In this document: piece by piece, positions 35,568-45,703 of the stretch
Numbering within the stretch: the stretch's first letter is position 1
Layout of the letters: every line of letters starts with the position of its first letter
DNA from: a virus
Lineage: Duplodnaviria > Caudoviricetes
Virus record (IMG/VR): IMGVR_UViG_3300048548_000184
Coordinates: 1 to 60,479 of that record
Length of the DNA: 60,479 nucleotides
Reading direction: 5' to 3' (one strand)
Notes under the pieces: generated by a model
Seen by the model: the letters and a program-made list of their open reading frames with translations, nothing else
The model's database searches: none
Told to the model about the DNA's origin: nothing
Position numbers and translations under genes: made by a program

Positions 35568-35591
35568 CGAATCATAAAAAATCTATATAAT
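35564..35591 (+). promoter_or_regulatory. sigma70-type promoter
   Basis: TTGACG-16-TATAAT upstream of rnh. Confidence 0.55.
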
Positions 35592-35647
35592 AAAGAAGAG
35601 GTTTTTGAGATGGGTAATATACCATCATTATATTAGGAGTGAACTAA

Positions 35648-36490
35648 GTGATTTTAATAGATTATAATGCAATAGCTATTGGTAGTGTTATTCAACAAAA
35701 AGATGAGATGAATGAAGATATGTTTCGTCATCTCATCCTAAATGCTATCCGTATGTATCGAACTAAGTTTAAAGAAAATTATGGCGAGATAGTAATATGT
35801 GGTGATGGTAGAAAGAATTGGCGTAAAGACTTCTTTCCTAATTATAAATTTAAACGTGGAGACAGTCGTAAAAAAGATAAGGTTGATTGGAATGAACTCT
35901 TTAGAATTACCTCTCAAGTTTATCAGGAGATTAGTGAACACTTTCCATATAAAACTGTATTGATAGATGAATGTGAGGCAGATGATGTCATTGCAACTCT
36001 AGTAGAAGAAACACAAGAGTTTGGCAAGAACGAACCTATTATGATTGTATCATCAGATAAAGACTTTGCACAACTACAAAAGTATGCAAATGTTCAACAA
36101 TACTCTCCTTTGAAGAAATCATTTGTAGTAGAACGTAATCCTAGAAAACAGCTATTAGAACTTATATTGAGAGGGGATGTCTCAGATGGGGTTCCTAATG
36201 TCTTAAGTGCGGATGATTGTTTTGTAGAAGGTATTAGACAAACACCCATGAGACAAGCTATTATAGATAAACTTACAGAAGACATCAAAGCTATGGGTGA
36301 CGAGGTGTATAATAATTACTGTCGTAATAAAAAACTTATTGATTTGGAAGAAACCCCTAATTCAGTAAAATCTAAAATACTAAATAGCTTTGAAGAGCAA
36401 GACAAGTGGAACAACAGAGGTAAAGTATTTCCCTACTTTGTAGAGAAGCGTTGCCGAATGTTACTAGAGGATATAGAGGACTTCATTTAG
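35648..36490 (+). CDS. rnh: T4-type RNase H (5'-3' exonuclease)
   Basis: MILIDY, WRKDFFPNYK, EADDVIA, SSDKDFAQLQ, GDVSDGVPN. Confidence 0.92.
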   Translation: MILIDYNAIAIGSVIQQKDEMNEDMFRHLILNAIRMYRTKFKENYGEIVICGDGRKNWRKDFFPNYKFKRGDSRKKDKVDWNELFRITSQVYQEISEHFPYKTVLIDECEADDVIATLVEETQEFGKNEPIMIVSSDKDFAQLQKYANVQQYSPLKKSFVVERNPRKQLLELILRGDVSDGVPNVLSADDCFVEGIRQTPMRQAIIDKLTEDIKAMGDEVYNNYCRNKKLIDLEETPNSVKSKILNSFEEQDKWNNRGKVFPYFVEKRCRMLLEDIEDFI

Positions 36491-36491
36491 T

Positions 36492-36926
36492 ATGGTAAAC
36501 AAGACTACATATAATGTACATGAGATTTTAGAACAAGTTTCTAAAGCTAAAAGTCGCACAGACAAAATAAACATCTTAAAATCAAATCAAAACAACTGGG
36601 CAATGAAAGATATATTGCGTGGTACTTTTGATGATTTGGTTACATGGAACTTGCCTAATGGTAAGCCCCCATACGAACCTGCTGATGAGAGATCCATTCC
36701 ATCTAATCTAATGCAACACAATAAAAAGTTTGCTTACTTCATTCCTAATGGACCAGGATCTAAAATGGCAGCAGTCAAGAGAGAAAAGATCTTTTTGGAT
36801 ATGTTAGAAACAGTACATCCAAAAGATGCTGAACTTCTTGTTGGTATGATCAATAAGAAAATGCCTATCAAGGGCATTACAAAGAAACTGGTACAGGAGG
36901 CATTTCCAGATTTAATAGTTAAGTAA
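36492..36926 (+). CDS. conserved T4-like phage hypothetical protein
   Basis: EILEQVSK, WNLPNGKPPY, KREKIFLDMLE, LVQEAFP; follows rnh. Confidence 0.75.
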   Translation: MVNKTTYNVHEILEQVSKAKSRTDKINILKSNQNNWAMKDILRGTFDDLVTWNLPNGKPPYEPADERSIPSNLMQHNKKFAYFIPNGPGSKMAAVKREKIFLDMLETVHPKDAELLVGMINKKMPIKGITKKLVQEAFPDLIVK

Positions 36927-36946
36927 TATGTAATACAGGAGAAGGT

Positions 36947-37096
36947 ATGAGTAGAATCCAACTTGATAGACTGAGAAAAGATTTAGAAGAATTAAACCTA
37001 TACATAAGTAAAGTAAAGGAAAAGGGTAAGATGGACCTAGTTTCGAAGTTAAATAAAAAAAGAGATTTTCTAGTGTCTAAGTTGGAAGCTGCATAA
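36947..37096 (+). CDS. small coiled-coil protein (49 aa)
   Basis: Read from sequence; AGGAG RBS. Confidence 0.6.
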   Translation: MSRIQLDRLRKDLEELNLYISKVKEKGKMDLVSKLNKKRDFLVSKLEAA

Positions 37097-37143
37097 AAAG
37101 GTAAAGATTGGGGTTGCCAATCTGATTAAAAAAGGTTATAATG

Positions 37144-37374
37144 ATGCCTACATACACAATGGTAAACGTGTCTACAAGTGAAGAAAAAGAAATGATTTTA
37201 TCTCTAGCAGAGCGTGAGGAGTTTTTGTCTAATGGTGAGTGGAAACAAAAGCTGATTACTCCTAAGTTTATTTCTCAGCATGGTTCTACTCACAACAAGG
37301 CAGGTGATGGTTGGAAAGATGTTCTTCGAAAAGTTAAATCTGGTTCTGGTAAAGATAGTAAGATAGACGTATAA
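37144..37374 (+). CDS. FmdB-like small protein
   Basis: MPTY...GWKDVLRKVK pattern before phoH. Confidence 0.6.
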   Translation: MPTYTMVNVSTSEEKEMILSLAEREEFLSNGEWKQKLITPKFISQHGSTHNKAGDGWKDVLRKVKSGSGKDSKIDV

Positions 37375-37375
37375 T

Positions 37376-38071
37376 ATGACAAAACGTGTGAAGAGTTTGA
37401 ACAACTCTATGACTGTTAGATTGGCTGATCTATTACAACATGATCCGTTGACAGCAACTCAAGAAGCTGCTTATTCGGCATGGGATGACGGTGACAACTT
37501 AGTCCTTACAGGATCTGCAGGTACAGGCAAAACCTTTATGGCATTGTATCTTGCATTAGAAGATGTTTTAGAAGCACAGGAATATGATAGATTAGTTATC
37601 GTAAGATCTATGGTTCCAACAAGAGATATGGGCTTCTTGCCCGGTACTAAAGAAGAGAAAGAAGATGCTTTCACCTCTCCATATAGAAATATATGCCATG
37701 AGCTATTTGGAGATAAGGCATCGTATAATAAAATGATAACTTCTGGTCAAATCTCTTTTGACTCAACTTCATTTATTAGAGGCACGACATATGACAATAG
37801 TATAATAGTTGTCGATGAGATGCAGAATTTAAATTTTCACGAGTTAGATTCTGTGATCACACGTGTGGGTAAACACAGTAAGATTATTTTCTGCGGTGAT
37901 TATAAGCAGAGTGATTTTAAGTTTGATGATGAAAAGAATGGTATTATGAAGTTTCTACAAATTGTAGAACAGTTACGCAACTTTACTATAGTAAACTTTG
38001 GATGGGAAGATATTGTGCGTTCTGATTTTGTGAGAGATTATATAATGACAAAAGAAATGCTAGGATACTAA
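37376..38071 (+). CDS. phoH: PhoH-like ATPase
   Basis: GSAGTGKT, MGFLPG, FIRGTT, VDEMQN, CGDYKQSD, DIVRS. Confidence 0.94.
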   Translation: MTKRVKSLNNSMTVRLADLLQHDPLTATQEAAYSAWDDGDNLVLTGSAGTGKTFMALYLALEDVLEAQEYDRLVIVRSMVPTRDMGFLPGTKEEKEDAFTSPYRNICHELFGDKASYNKMITSGQISFDSTSFIRGTTYDNSIIVVDEMQNLNFHELDSVITRVGKHSKIIFCGDYKQSDFKFDDEKNGIMKFLQIVEQLRNFTIVNFGWEDIVRSDFVRDYIMTKEMLGY

Positions 38072-38082
38072 GAGAGGTTAAA

Positions 38083-38268
38083 ATGGCAAAATATTCTAGG
38101 TACGATCCACGCAACAAGAAACGTGGTAATAATAAAATCAAGTCTCAAACAAAAGACTTACGAATACGTGAGGTTTCAGGTAATGAAAATAAACAGATGC
38201 TAAATGAAGTAATGTTTGACGATGAGTATGATCATGACGAACTTGACAACCAACAACTCCAAGGATAA
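38083..38268 (+). CDS. hypothetical protein
   Basis: GAGG RBS; MAKYSRYDPRNKK. Confidence 0.6.
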   Translation: MAKYSRYDPRNKKRGNNKIKSQTKDLRIREVSGNENKQMLNEVMFDDEYDHDELDNQQLQG

Positions 38269-38809
38269 TTTACCAAGCCATATACACGTTGTTTCTGTAG
38301 AAGATCATTCCTATTGGAAACCATTATTACTTGAATCTATTAATAGTATGATAACTAAAAACAATATTCAAGTCAATGAGAAGGGATATTATTACGATTT
38401 TAATATTCCGAAAGTGCATAGAGATTATGGTAAGTTGATGGACAATATACTTTTGTCTTATGTTGAAGATACTTTGTGTGATAATTATGGGCTTAAAAGA
38501 GAAGGCACTGACACATATTGGTTTCAGCAATACTTTCAAGGATCTGATTTTGGTTGGCATCAACATTCAGGGCATTGGGCGATGGTTTATTATGTTGAAT
38601 TGCCTGAAATGACAGAGGCAACTGAGTTCTTAAACTACGGTCAATTCAATGTTAAAGAAGGCGACATTATATTTTTCCCAACATTTTTAGTTCATAGATC
38701 TCCAAGTATTAAAAGTAATCAAAGAAAAACCGTGATAGCAAGTAATCTAGACTTTACTGTGGATAGAGAAAGAATAAATTATTATGGCATCGAATATTTT
38801 AAACATTGA
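38216..38809 (+). CDS. 2OG-Fe(II) oxygenase-like protein
   Basis: WFQQY...GWHQH, MVYYVELP, EGDIIFFPTFLVHRS, RKTVIASN. Confidence 0.75.
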   Translation: MTMSMIMTNLTTNNSKDNLPSHIHVVSVEDHSYWKPLLLESINSMITKNNIQVNEKGYYYDFNIPKVHRDYGKLMDNILLSYVEDTLCDNYGLKREGTDTYWFQQYFQGSDFGWHQHSGHWAMVYYVELPEMTEATEFLNYGQFNVKEGDIIFFPTFLVHRSPSIKSNQRKTVIASNLDFTVDRERINYYGIEYFKH

Positions 38810-39389
38810 CGATCATTACTTACAATGGCCTAAGGATAGTTGGGGTGGCACAGATCTAAACAATCCTGATATGGTCAATCCTTGGTTAGAGATACAAGAC
38901 ATTGTAAATCCTAAAAAAGTTATTGAGATTGGTATGTTTGCAGGGCACTCATCTTTATTGATGATGAATGTGTTTAAGAACCTAGAGACTTTAGAGAGTT
39001 ATGATCCTAGTGAAGTATCTAAACATAATTATAGACAAATTAAGAAATATTATCCTCAACATACATTTTATCAAGAGCCTATCTGGAATAATGAACACAG
39101 ACATACTGATATCGATTTAATATTTGTGGATGGAGATCATACAGCACCTGCACCTGAAAAAGATCTAGGATCTTGTATGAAAATAAAGCCAAGATACATT
39201 CTTGCTGATAACATAGAGCATCTTGGAGTTCGTGATCCAACAAAGAGAAAGTTTAAATTATGGGATGTTAAGTATGATCCTAAGTATTGGTTTTATACTA
39301 ATGTTAAATATAGTAGAGTTACTAAACGCACACTGAAATCCCCCGGAATTATGGGGCTATTTAAAATGGAAGGCACTTATGACAATTGA
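38784..39389 (+). CDS. class I SAM-dependent methyltransferase
   Basis: VIEIGMFAGHS, DLIFVDGDH, LADN. Confidence 0.8.
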   Translation: MASNILNIDDHYLQWPKDSWGGTDLNNPDMVNPWLEIQDIVNPKKVIEIGMFAGHSSLLMMNVFKNLETLESYDPSEVSKHNYRQIKKYYPQHTFYQEPIWNNEHRHTDIDLIFVDGDHTAPAPEKDLGSCMKIKPRYILADNIEHLGVRDPTKRKFKLWDVKYDPKYWFYTNVKYSRVTKRTLKSPGIMGLFKMEGTYDN

Positions 39390-39627
39390 AATGATTTTGA
39401 ATCTTAGATACCAATGGGAATCTATGGTATCGTTTAGAAGAAGTTACGATTTACCTAGCTATGAGGGCAATATACATAACTTAAAGGACTTTATTAAAAA
39501 CGGACATAAGTCTAATAGATTTAGAAAAAACTTTAACGAAGCCATGCGATTAGCGAAAGAGATTGTTGAATATTATGAGCGACCTGTGGCATCATTGGAT
39601 AAAAAGCTGGCGAGACAATCACGGTAA
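39379..39627 (+). CDS. hypothetical protein
   Basis: ORF track, coupled. Confidence 0.55.
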   Translation: MTIEMILNLRYQWESMVSFRRSYDLPSYEGNIHNLKDFIKNGHKSNRFRKNFNEAMRLAKEIVEYYERPVASLDKKLARQSR

Positions 39628-40396
39628 AGATACTATCAGATGGAAAACAACTGTAGGTATTGGCGACAGTATGTATGGTCTTAACATTGCTTATATGAGA
39701 GCATTTGCTAATCAAAAACCAACAAAGTTTCAACTACATTTTTTTCATCCAAAAGACTATGTACATCACTATGAAGACCCTGAAGCAGTTGCGGCTAGAG
39801 TCGAATATATTCGTGACAGGTATATGTGGAAAGATATTGTAGATGTTGAATACGTTTATGATAGCACTGACACAGTATTATATAAGCAGTTTTATCAAGG
39901 CGTCACTAGACGCAAGCACTCTGAACTATATCGATATTGGGCATTAGATCCTACATTATCCACTAATTCGCAGAATAGAAAAATAGTTTTGTGGAGACCT
40001 ACTAATAATATGCAACAGCAAATTGCTAATGATAAATATATACTTTTAGATTGGGAGTGGCAAAGGCTTATTGACAGGTTAGAAGATTTTGGATATAATG
40101 TGACAGAGATTGACTATAGAACTCCTATAAGAGAAGCGTTATATCATATAAGAACTTGTGAGTGTTGTTTGTCGTATGAGGGGATGTGGCATTATATTAG
40201 TAAGAACCTTTTTAAGCCTCATATAGTGATAGGCACTTCTAATATTTCTAAGTGGCATACTCCTGCTGCAGTATTAACAGATAAAGGGTTCTATATAGAT
40301 AGAGATCTTAAAAAGATTGATTATATGATAGAGTCCGCAACAGAGAACGCAGAAAACTATAAAAAATTATTTTTTAAATTTGTGAACGGGTGGTAG
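39575..40396 (+). CDS. glycosyltransferase-like protein (GT-B/GT9-like)
   Basis: GIGDS near N-terminus; LSYEGMWHY resembling the GT9 DSGxxH motif. Confidence 0.5.
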   Translation: MSDLWHHWIKSWRDNHGKDTIRWKTTVGIGDSMYGLNIAYMRAFANQKPTKFQLHFFHPKDYVHHYEDPEAVAARVEYIRDRYMWKDIVDVEYVYDSTDTVLYKQFYQGVTRRKHSELYRYWALDPTLSTNSQNRKIVLWRPTNNMQQQIANDKYILLDWEWQRLIDRLEDFGYNVTEIDYRTPIREALYHIRTCECCLSYEGMWHYISKNLFKPHIVIGTSNISKWHTPAAVLTDKGFYIDRDLKKIDYMIESATENAENYKKLFFKFVNGW

Positions 40397-40397
40397 T

Positions 40398-41357
40398 ATG
40401 CAAATAGACAGAGCCGTTATCGAAATACAAGGTGGGTGTAACTACACTTGTCAAATGTGTCCACAGACTAATCCTGATGGCACTACAGGCGCACGTGGTA
40501 AAAACTGGATGAAGAAGATGCCATTGGCAGAGTTCGAAAGATATGTTGCTGAGTGTGCAGAAGCAGGACTGAATGTTGTAAATCTTGATGGATCTGGCGA
40601 GGCTACAATCTCTATGGATCTGCCAAAGTATATTGAGGTGGTTAAGAAGTATGGAGCACAGGCTGTAATCTTCTCGAATGGATATCGTATGAACGGTAAC
40701 TTCATGAAAGAATGCGTAGATGCAGGATTAGATTTCTTTAGGTTTAGTATTGTAGGGTACAACTATGATAAATATAAAGAGTGGATGAACAGTGAGCATT
40801 TCTACAGAGTAATATCTAACCTTCACGAAATGAAACGTTACGTTGTTAGTTCTAAATCGAAATGTGTTGTTGCAACATATCACCTAATACTTGATAATGA
40901 TAACATTGATCATGAAGTTGAAGAGTATAAGAAGATCGTGAAGTCTGCTAATGTTCAGACAGAGATTTGGAAGATGCATAATTGGAGTGGTGTGTATGAT
41001 CCTGAGTATGATAGAATTGGTGAAAAGAAAACTTGTGGTAGACCCTTTTCCCCTGATATTGTTATTAGGGCTGGAGGTCTTGGTAGTAGCACTGGCGCTA
41101 TTCATCCTTGCTGTCAAGTACTAGGAAGAGATGATGAGGCAGTGTTAGGACACGGTTCACTCAACACGCTTGAAGAGATTTGGTATGGAGATGAATATAA
41201 TACGCTGAGAAAGCAACATGAAACAGGAGACTATCCTGACTTTTGCAAGAGTTGTGACTTCTTGATTGACGATCCTGAAGTTTTAGTGTATACTAATCAT
41301 GGACGTGAAAACTATAAAATGTATGGAACAAAGTTTAACTTGGATGATTACAGATGA
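40398..41357 (+). CDS. radical SAM/SPASM domain protein
   Basis: CNYTCQMCP, GSGEA, CGRPF, PCC, FCKSCD. Confidence 0.9.
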   Translation: MQIDRAVIEIQGGCNYTCQMCPQTNPDGTTGARGKNWMKKMPLAEFERYVAECAEAGLNVVNLDGSGEATISMDLPKYIEVVKKYGAQAVIFSNGYRMNGNFMKECVDAGLDFFRFSIVGYNYDKYKEWMNSEHFYRVISNLHEMKRYVVSSKSKCVVATYHLILDNDNIDHEVEEYKKIVKSANVQTEIWKMHNWSGVYDPEYDRIGEKKTCGRPFSPDIVIRAGGLGSSTGAIHPCCQVLGRDDEAVLGHGSLNTLEEIWYGDEYNTLRKQHETGDYPDFCKSCDFLIDDPEVLVYTNHGRENYKMYGTKFNLDDYR

Positions 41358-41821
41358 TAGAAGATCCTCTATACTTACCTAAAGACACTAAGGTGTTTAT
41401 CATATGTAACCCATATGATAATAACCACATGAGTAAAAAGATTGAGCTTGAGCATAACATAATGCGTTATGGATACGAGACAAATATTCAATACTACGTT
41501 AAAGCTAAAGATATTAGAGACCAAACTTTGGGATTTACTTTACCTTTATCTTCCGCAAAGATTGGGGATGATGGTGTATATCAATGGTATACTTTATATT
41601 CAGTTTTAATAAAAGCTAGAATTCTTAGAAAAAAATACATAATCACTTTCGCAAACTTTAGTAGATTTGATAATGATATCAGAAGGACATCCTCACACAT
41701 TCAGCTTCATGAGGGGAAAAGACTTTTGCTAGATCATAAATCCTCTCAGTTTATAATAGACAATATTCATAATATTATTAATAAGTATTCTACAGTAGAG
41801 AATTATATAGCGAATGAGTAA
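41354..41821 (+). CDS. hypothetical protein
   Basis: ORF track. Confidence 0.55.
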   Translation: MIEDPLYLPKDTKVFIICNPYDNNHMSKKIELEHNIMRYGYETNIQYYVKAKDIRDQTLGFTLPLSSAKIGDDGVYQWYTLYSVLIKARILRKKYIITFANFSRFDNDIRRTSSHIQLHEGKRLLLDHKSSQFIIDNIHNIINKYSTVENYIANE

Positions 41822-42464
41822 CACCCCACCTGTTTATATGATTGCAATAGAAGAACATCCTGTTTCAATCATGTATGTAAGAGAGGTCTTGCCTTCTTGG
41901 AAAAAGTTTGGAGTAAAAATAAATTATTCTAAAGCAACTACCCCAAAAGATTTAGCATATAGAAATAATTTAACTTTTACTATAAAAAAAATGGGTAGAG
42001 AGAAAAGAGAATTTACTTCTACAGAAAAGGCTGTTTGGTATAGTCATTTTGATTTGTGGTGTAAATGTGTGAATGAAGGTCCACTTATTATTGTAGAGCA
42101 CGATTCTATGCTGAGAAAACCTTTACCAAATCTTTCAAAAGAAGGGTATAAATTTTTATCTTATGTACAACCAGATGAAGGTGAAAAATACCTCCTAGCA
42201 ACGGGTTCAGGATACTATATTACTCCACCTGTAGCAGAGAGATTGATTGCAAGAGCAGTTTGCAAGCCAGTAGACAGAAATAGTGATGGTCATATAAGTT
42301 CAGTTTTGAATTTTAATAAACAAAGAAAAATGTACGATTATCTCTACATAGAACAGATTAATTTTGATGGTCTAAATACCATAGATCACCGCACTACAAA
42401 AAGAAATTATATAGGTTTAGATTATGAAAACATTGATTTATCAAGTATACACAGGCAAACGTAA
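41814..42464 (+). CDS. GT25-like glycosyltransferase
   Basis: EKAVWYSHFDLW, IIVEHDS, GYYITP. Confidence 0.7.
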   Translation: MSNTPPVYMIAIEEHPVSIMYVREVLPSWKKFGVKINYSKATTPKDLAYRNNLTFTIKKMGREKREFTSTEKAVWYSHFDLWCKCVNEGPLIIVEHDSMLRKPLPNLSKEGYKFLSYVQPDEGEKYLLATGSGYYITPPVAERLIARAVCKPVDRNSDGHISSVLNFNKQRKMYDYLYIEQINFDGLNTIDHRTTKRNYIGLDYENIDLSSIHRQT

Positions 42465-43224
42465 AAAGCTTTACGACTTTTGTACTGCGTCAGTTAAAGC
42501 ATACGCAGAAAGAATAGGCGCTGATTATATTGTTCAGAGACAGCCTATTCTTATGATAAAGCCCGATATATTTCAAACAAATAGATCAAACGAATCCTAC
42601 GGTAAGTATGGTGGGTTTCTTCCTATATATGAAAAAGAAAATGCCTTTGCATATTTCAGGTCATATGATAAGATTGCTTTGATTGATGGTGACATTTACA
42701 TAAGAGAAACCGCACCAAATATCTTTGACGAAATCAGCAATGATCATGACTTCGCAGGTGTTATTGAACGTGAGATGCCTCTTAATAATCAATACATGGC
42801 AAAGATTGCAAACTACTCACGTATGCAATATCAGACAATCAAAAATGTTGATTGGAAGTGGAATAAGCATGGTGCTGAGTTCTTTAACATGGGCATGATG
42901 CTCATGAATAAGTCTATGGGTAAATACTTAAACGGAGAGACCCCTGCACAGTTTTTAAGGAGACCTAGATTCAAACCATTCATTGATGGACTTGGTGCAT
43001 GGAAGTGGTCTACAGATCAAACTCTTCTTAACACTTGGGTTAGGGAAGAGAAGATGCGATTAAAACATCTTGATTGGAAGTGGAATGGTCTGTATAATGC
43101 GGTTCCTAATGAAAAACTTCATGAGGCACACTTCATCCATTTCTTTCATAAAACTGTTTTGCCAATGGAAGGTGAAAATATTGAAGAGCTTGCCAAGCTA
43201 GTAGATATAAAGGATATGCGATGA
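42424..43224 (+). CDS. GT-A glycosyltransferase (GT8-like)
   Basis: ALIDGDI, FNMGMML, TDQTLLN, KWN, FIHF. Confidence 0.8.
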   Translation: MKTLIYQVYTGKRKKLYDFCTASVKAYAERIGADYIVQRQPILMIKPDIFQTNRSNESYGKYGGFLPIYEKENAFAYFRSYDKIALIDGDIYIRETAPNIFDEISNDHDFAGVIEREMPLNNQYMAKIANYSRMQYQTIKNVDWKWNKHGAEFFNMGMMLMNKSMGKYLNGETPAQFLRRPRFKPFIDGLGAWKWSTDQTLLNTWVREEKMRLKHLDWKWNGLYNAVPNEKLHEAHFIHFFHKTVLPMEGENIEELAKLVDIKDMR

Positions 43225-43850
43225 GATTTTTAGAAATAGCAGGTTCTAAGCAGCGTGGATTAAATTGGGATGCTGTACGTGATGTGAAGATGCCGGGAGT
43301 TATGGTCTATGACATGACAGACCTTCCTATGAGAGGCGTGAAGGATAAAACCTATGGTGGAGTGTATAATGAACATTTCATAGAACATCTCACAAAAGAT
43401 CAAGGCATAAACTTTCTAAAAGAAATGCTACGTGTGATGAAACCTTTTGGAACTATTAGAACAGTTTGGCCTCCTATGGATTTTGTAGAGTGGTTACGAC
43501 AAGATAACGATTTAGATGATCACCCTTGGGTCAAACATTACTACCAATTTTATGTGGTAAAACATAAGTTTGCTCCTAAAGGCACAGAGTTTATGCGTAT
43601 GCAAGATCAGTGCGCTGAAGGTATTATGTGGCAGGGCGGTGAGCACAAATATATTTGGCGTAAGCAAGAACTTATTGATACTATGAAAGAAATAGGTTAT
43701 ATTAATGTAAGAGAAAAAAAATATCAAGAAAGTGGATTATCTGCATTTAAAAACATTGATACCGAAGGTGATATTAGAGCATTCCATTCTGCAGTTATAG
43801 AGGCACAATCCCCTGCAGAACAGAAAAGCCAAATGGAGCTAGACTTATGA
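43221..43850 (+). CDS. SAM-dependent methyltransferase
   Basis: LEIAG, DMTDLP, EHFIEHL, EMLRVMKPFG. Confidence 0.75.
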   Translation: MRFLEIAGSKQRGLNWDAVRDVKMPGVMVYDMTDLPMRGVKDKTYGGVYNEHFIEHLTKDQGINFLKEMLRVMKPFGTIRTVWPPMDFVEWLRQDNDLDDHPWVKHYYQFYVVKHKFAPKGTEFMRMQDQCAEGIMWQGGEHKYIWRKQELIDTMKEIGYINVREKKYQESGLSAFKNIDTEGDIRAFHSAVIEAQSPAEQKSQMELDL

Positions 43851-44518
43851 AAAATATTATCCTACAACACTTTGATGGAGAGTTAAGAGAACTTGACAAA
43901 TTATCTATTGCTAATATTCAGGAATATGCTAGACTAGTAAATGCCGATTATAAACTAATCACGGGTAAGCCTTTTCGAAAGCATCTTACATCACCCTGTC
44001 AAAAGGTTCATATGCTTCATGAAGAGTTTGACGATTATGATGACGTACTAATGCTTGACATAGATATGTTTACTCCAAAAGGAATGAAAACTAATGTTTT
44101 TAAAGAGGTGGGTGTAGGTCTTTATGAGGATGTGCAAAAAAGATTGCACCGACAAATAGCTCAAGTGTATCCATTACAGGCTAGTGCAATTTATCCTTAT
44201 TGGGGCGGGGCTATCTATAAGCTTTCTAAAAAAATGAGAATACAACTTAGATCAGGGTTAGGTGGTAATGAAACATGGATGAACAACTATAACAAATTAT
44301 ATCATTTTGAAGATGAGGGTATAATGCACACCTTATCTATGAAGTCAAATTTCAGACCCAGAGAACCTTATCTTAACAAAAAATGGTGCCAGTGTAGTTT
44401 TCTTCCCAATCCAGAAAACGCTGGGTTTATTCATATCAGAACCAAGATTACTCCTAATGGACCAAAGAGAGAGAAAATAGAAAACTATCAATATCTAATT
44501 GATCAAGATATACTGTAA
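43847..44518 (+). CDS. GT-A glycosyltransferase-like
   Basis: YA..VNADY, QKV, MLDIDMF, EDEG, FIHIR. Confidence 0.7.
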   Translation: MKNIILQHFDGELRELDKLSIANIQEYARLVNADYKLITGKPFRKHLTSPCQKVHMLHEEFDDYDDVLMLDIDMFTPKGMKTNVFKEVGVGLYEDVQKRLHRQIAQVYPLQASAIYPYWGGAIYKLSKKMRIQLRSGLGGNETWMNNYNKLYHFEDEGIMHTLSMKSNFRPREPYLNKKWCQCSFLPNPENAGFIHIRTKITPNGPKREKIENYQYLIDQDIL

Positions 44519-44529
44519 AGGATAAGATT

Positions 44530-45702
44530 GTGGAAACAGTAAACCCAAACAATTTAATAACGCATAGAAGATTTGATGTGATTGTAAAGTATCTTTATGC
44601 CTCTAATTTATCTAGCAAATACTTTAAAAATCTATACAAAGAACATCTTAGAGTTTGGAATGGGTTTTATGAAGGCACCCCAAGAAAAAGTGGATTTGAA
44701 GATTTTGATGATGCATTTAAATCAATAATTAATAATACAGTCGAGGAACCAGTTCCAGTAAATAGTGATGGAGATATAGTAAATGGTTCTCATAGGTTAG
44801 CAGCAGCACTACATCTGCAAAGACCTATCAATATTAGAGATTTAACACCCAAAGAAAATCCACGTATTGAAAGCAATTACGAATTTTTTATTGAAAGAAA
44901 TGGTGGAATGCCGAAACATATGTTACAAAGGACAGCATTAGAGTACGTTAAACTTAAATCTAATTCGCACATCGTTTGTCTATTTCCTATTTGTTTTGAT
45001 CGTATGAAAGATGTTATGAATGTAATCAACAAACATTCTAATTTGTTTTATCATTCAGATACAACCTTAAATAGTGAAGGTCAACTTAATCTAATGAAAG
45101 AAATATATCTTACTGATGGTTGGGCAAACGAAGAAGGAATAAGAAGAAAAGGCAATCAGTGCTTTATGGGGCGTAATAATGTTAGATTTCTAGTAATAGA
45201 TGGAAAAGATCTTGCAACCGTAAAAGACATGAAAAATAAGATTAGAGCATTATTTAATGTTGGCAACCATTGTGTTCATATTACTGATACGCATGAAGAA
45301 GCAATTAGAGTAGCCAAAACAGTATTCAACGATAATAGTATCCACTTTCTCAATAATAGAAAAAACGTTTCATTTCCAAACTATGTAAAACTTTTAAAAG
45401 CCTCAAAGCCAAGTGATAATACAGTTATTACTGGATCAAGTGTTTTATCATTATATGGTTTAAGAGATTGCAAAGATCTAGATATTATTGATTATGATAA
45501 TGTATTGACAGACACTCACAATCAGTATTTAGAAAAATTCTATAAAATAACTTTAGATGATATTGTTAATAATCCTCGCAATCATTTATATTATAATGGA
45601 CACAAATATGTTTCTTTAAATGTGATAAAGAATATGAAGGAAACGAGAAATGAATCAAAGGATGTAACAGATCTACAACTAATAGAAAAGATAAGTTCTT
45701 AA
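44530..45702 (+). CDS. multidomain protein: ParB/Srx-like + NDK-like + nucleotidyltransferase-like
   Basis: IVNGSHRLAAA; GNHCVHITDTHEEA; ITGSSVLSLYGLRDCKDLD. Confidence 0.55.
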   Translation: METVNPNNLITHRRFDVIVKYLYASNLSSKYFKNLYKEHLRVWNGFYEGTPRKSGFEDFDDAFKSIINNTVEEPVPVNSDGDIVNGSHRLAAALHLQRPINIRDLTPKENPRIESNYEFFIERNGGMPKHMLQRTALEYVKLKSNSHIVCLFPICFDRMKDVMNVINKHSNLFYHSDTTLNSEGQLNLMKEIYLTDGWANEEGIRRKGNQCFMGRNNVRFLVIDGKDLATVKDMKNKIRALFNVGNHCVHITDTHEEAIRVAKTVFNDNSIHFLNNRKNVSFPNYVKLLKASKPSDNTVITGSSVLSLYGLRDCKDLDIIDYDNVLTDTHNQYLEKFYKITLDDIVNNPRNHLYYNGHKYVSLNVIKNMKETRNESKDVTDLQLIEKISS

Positions 45703-45703
45703 A

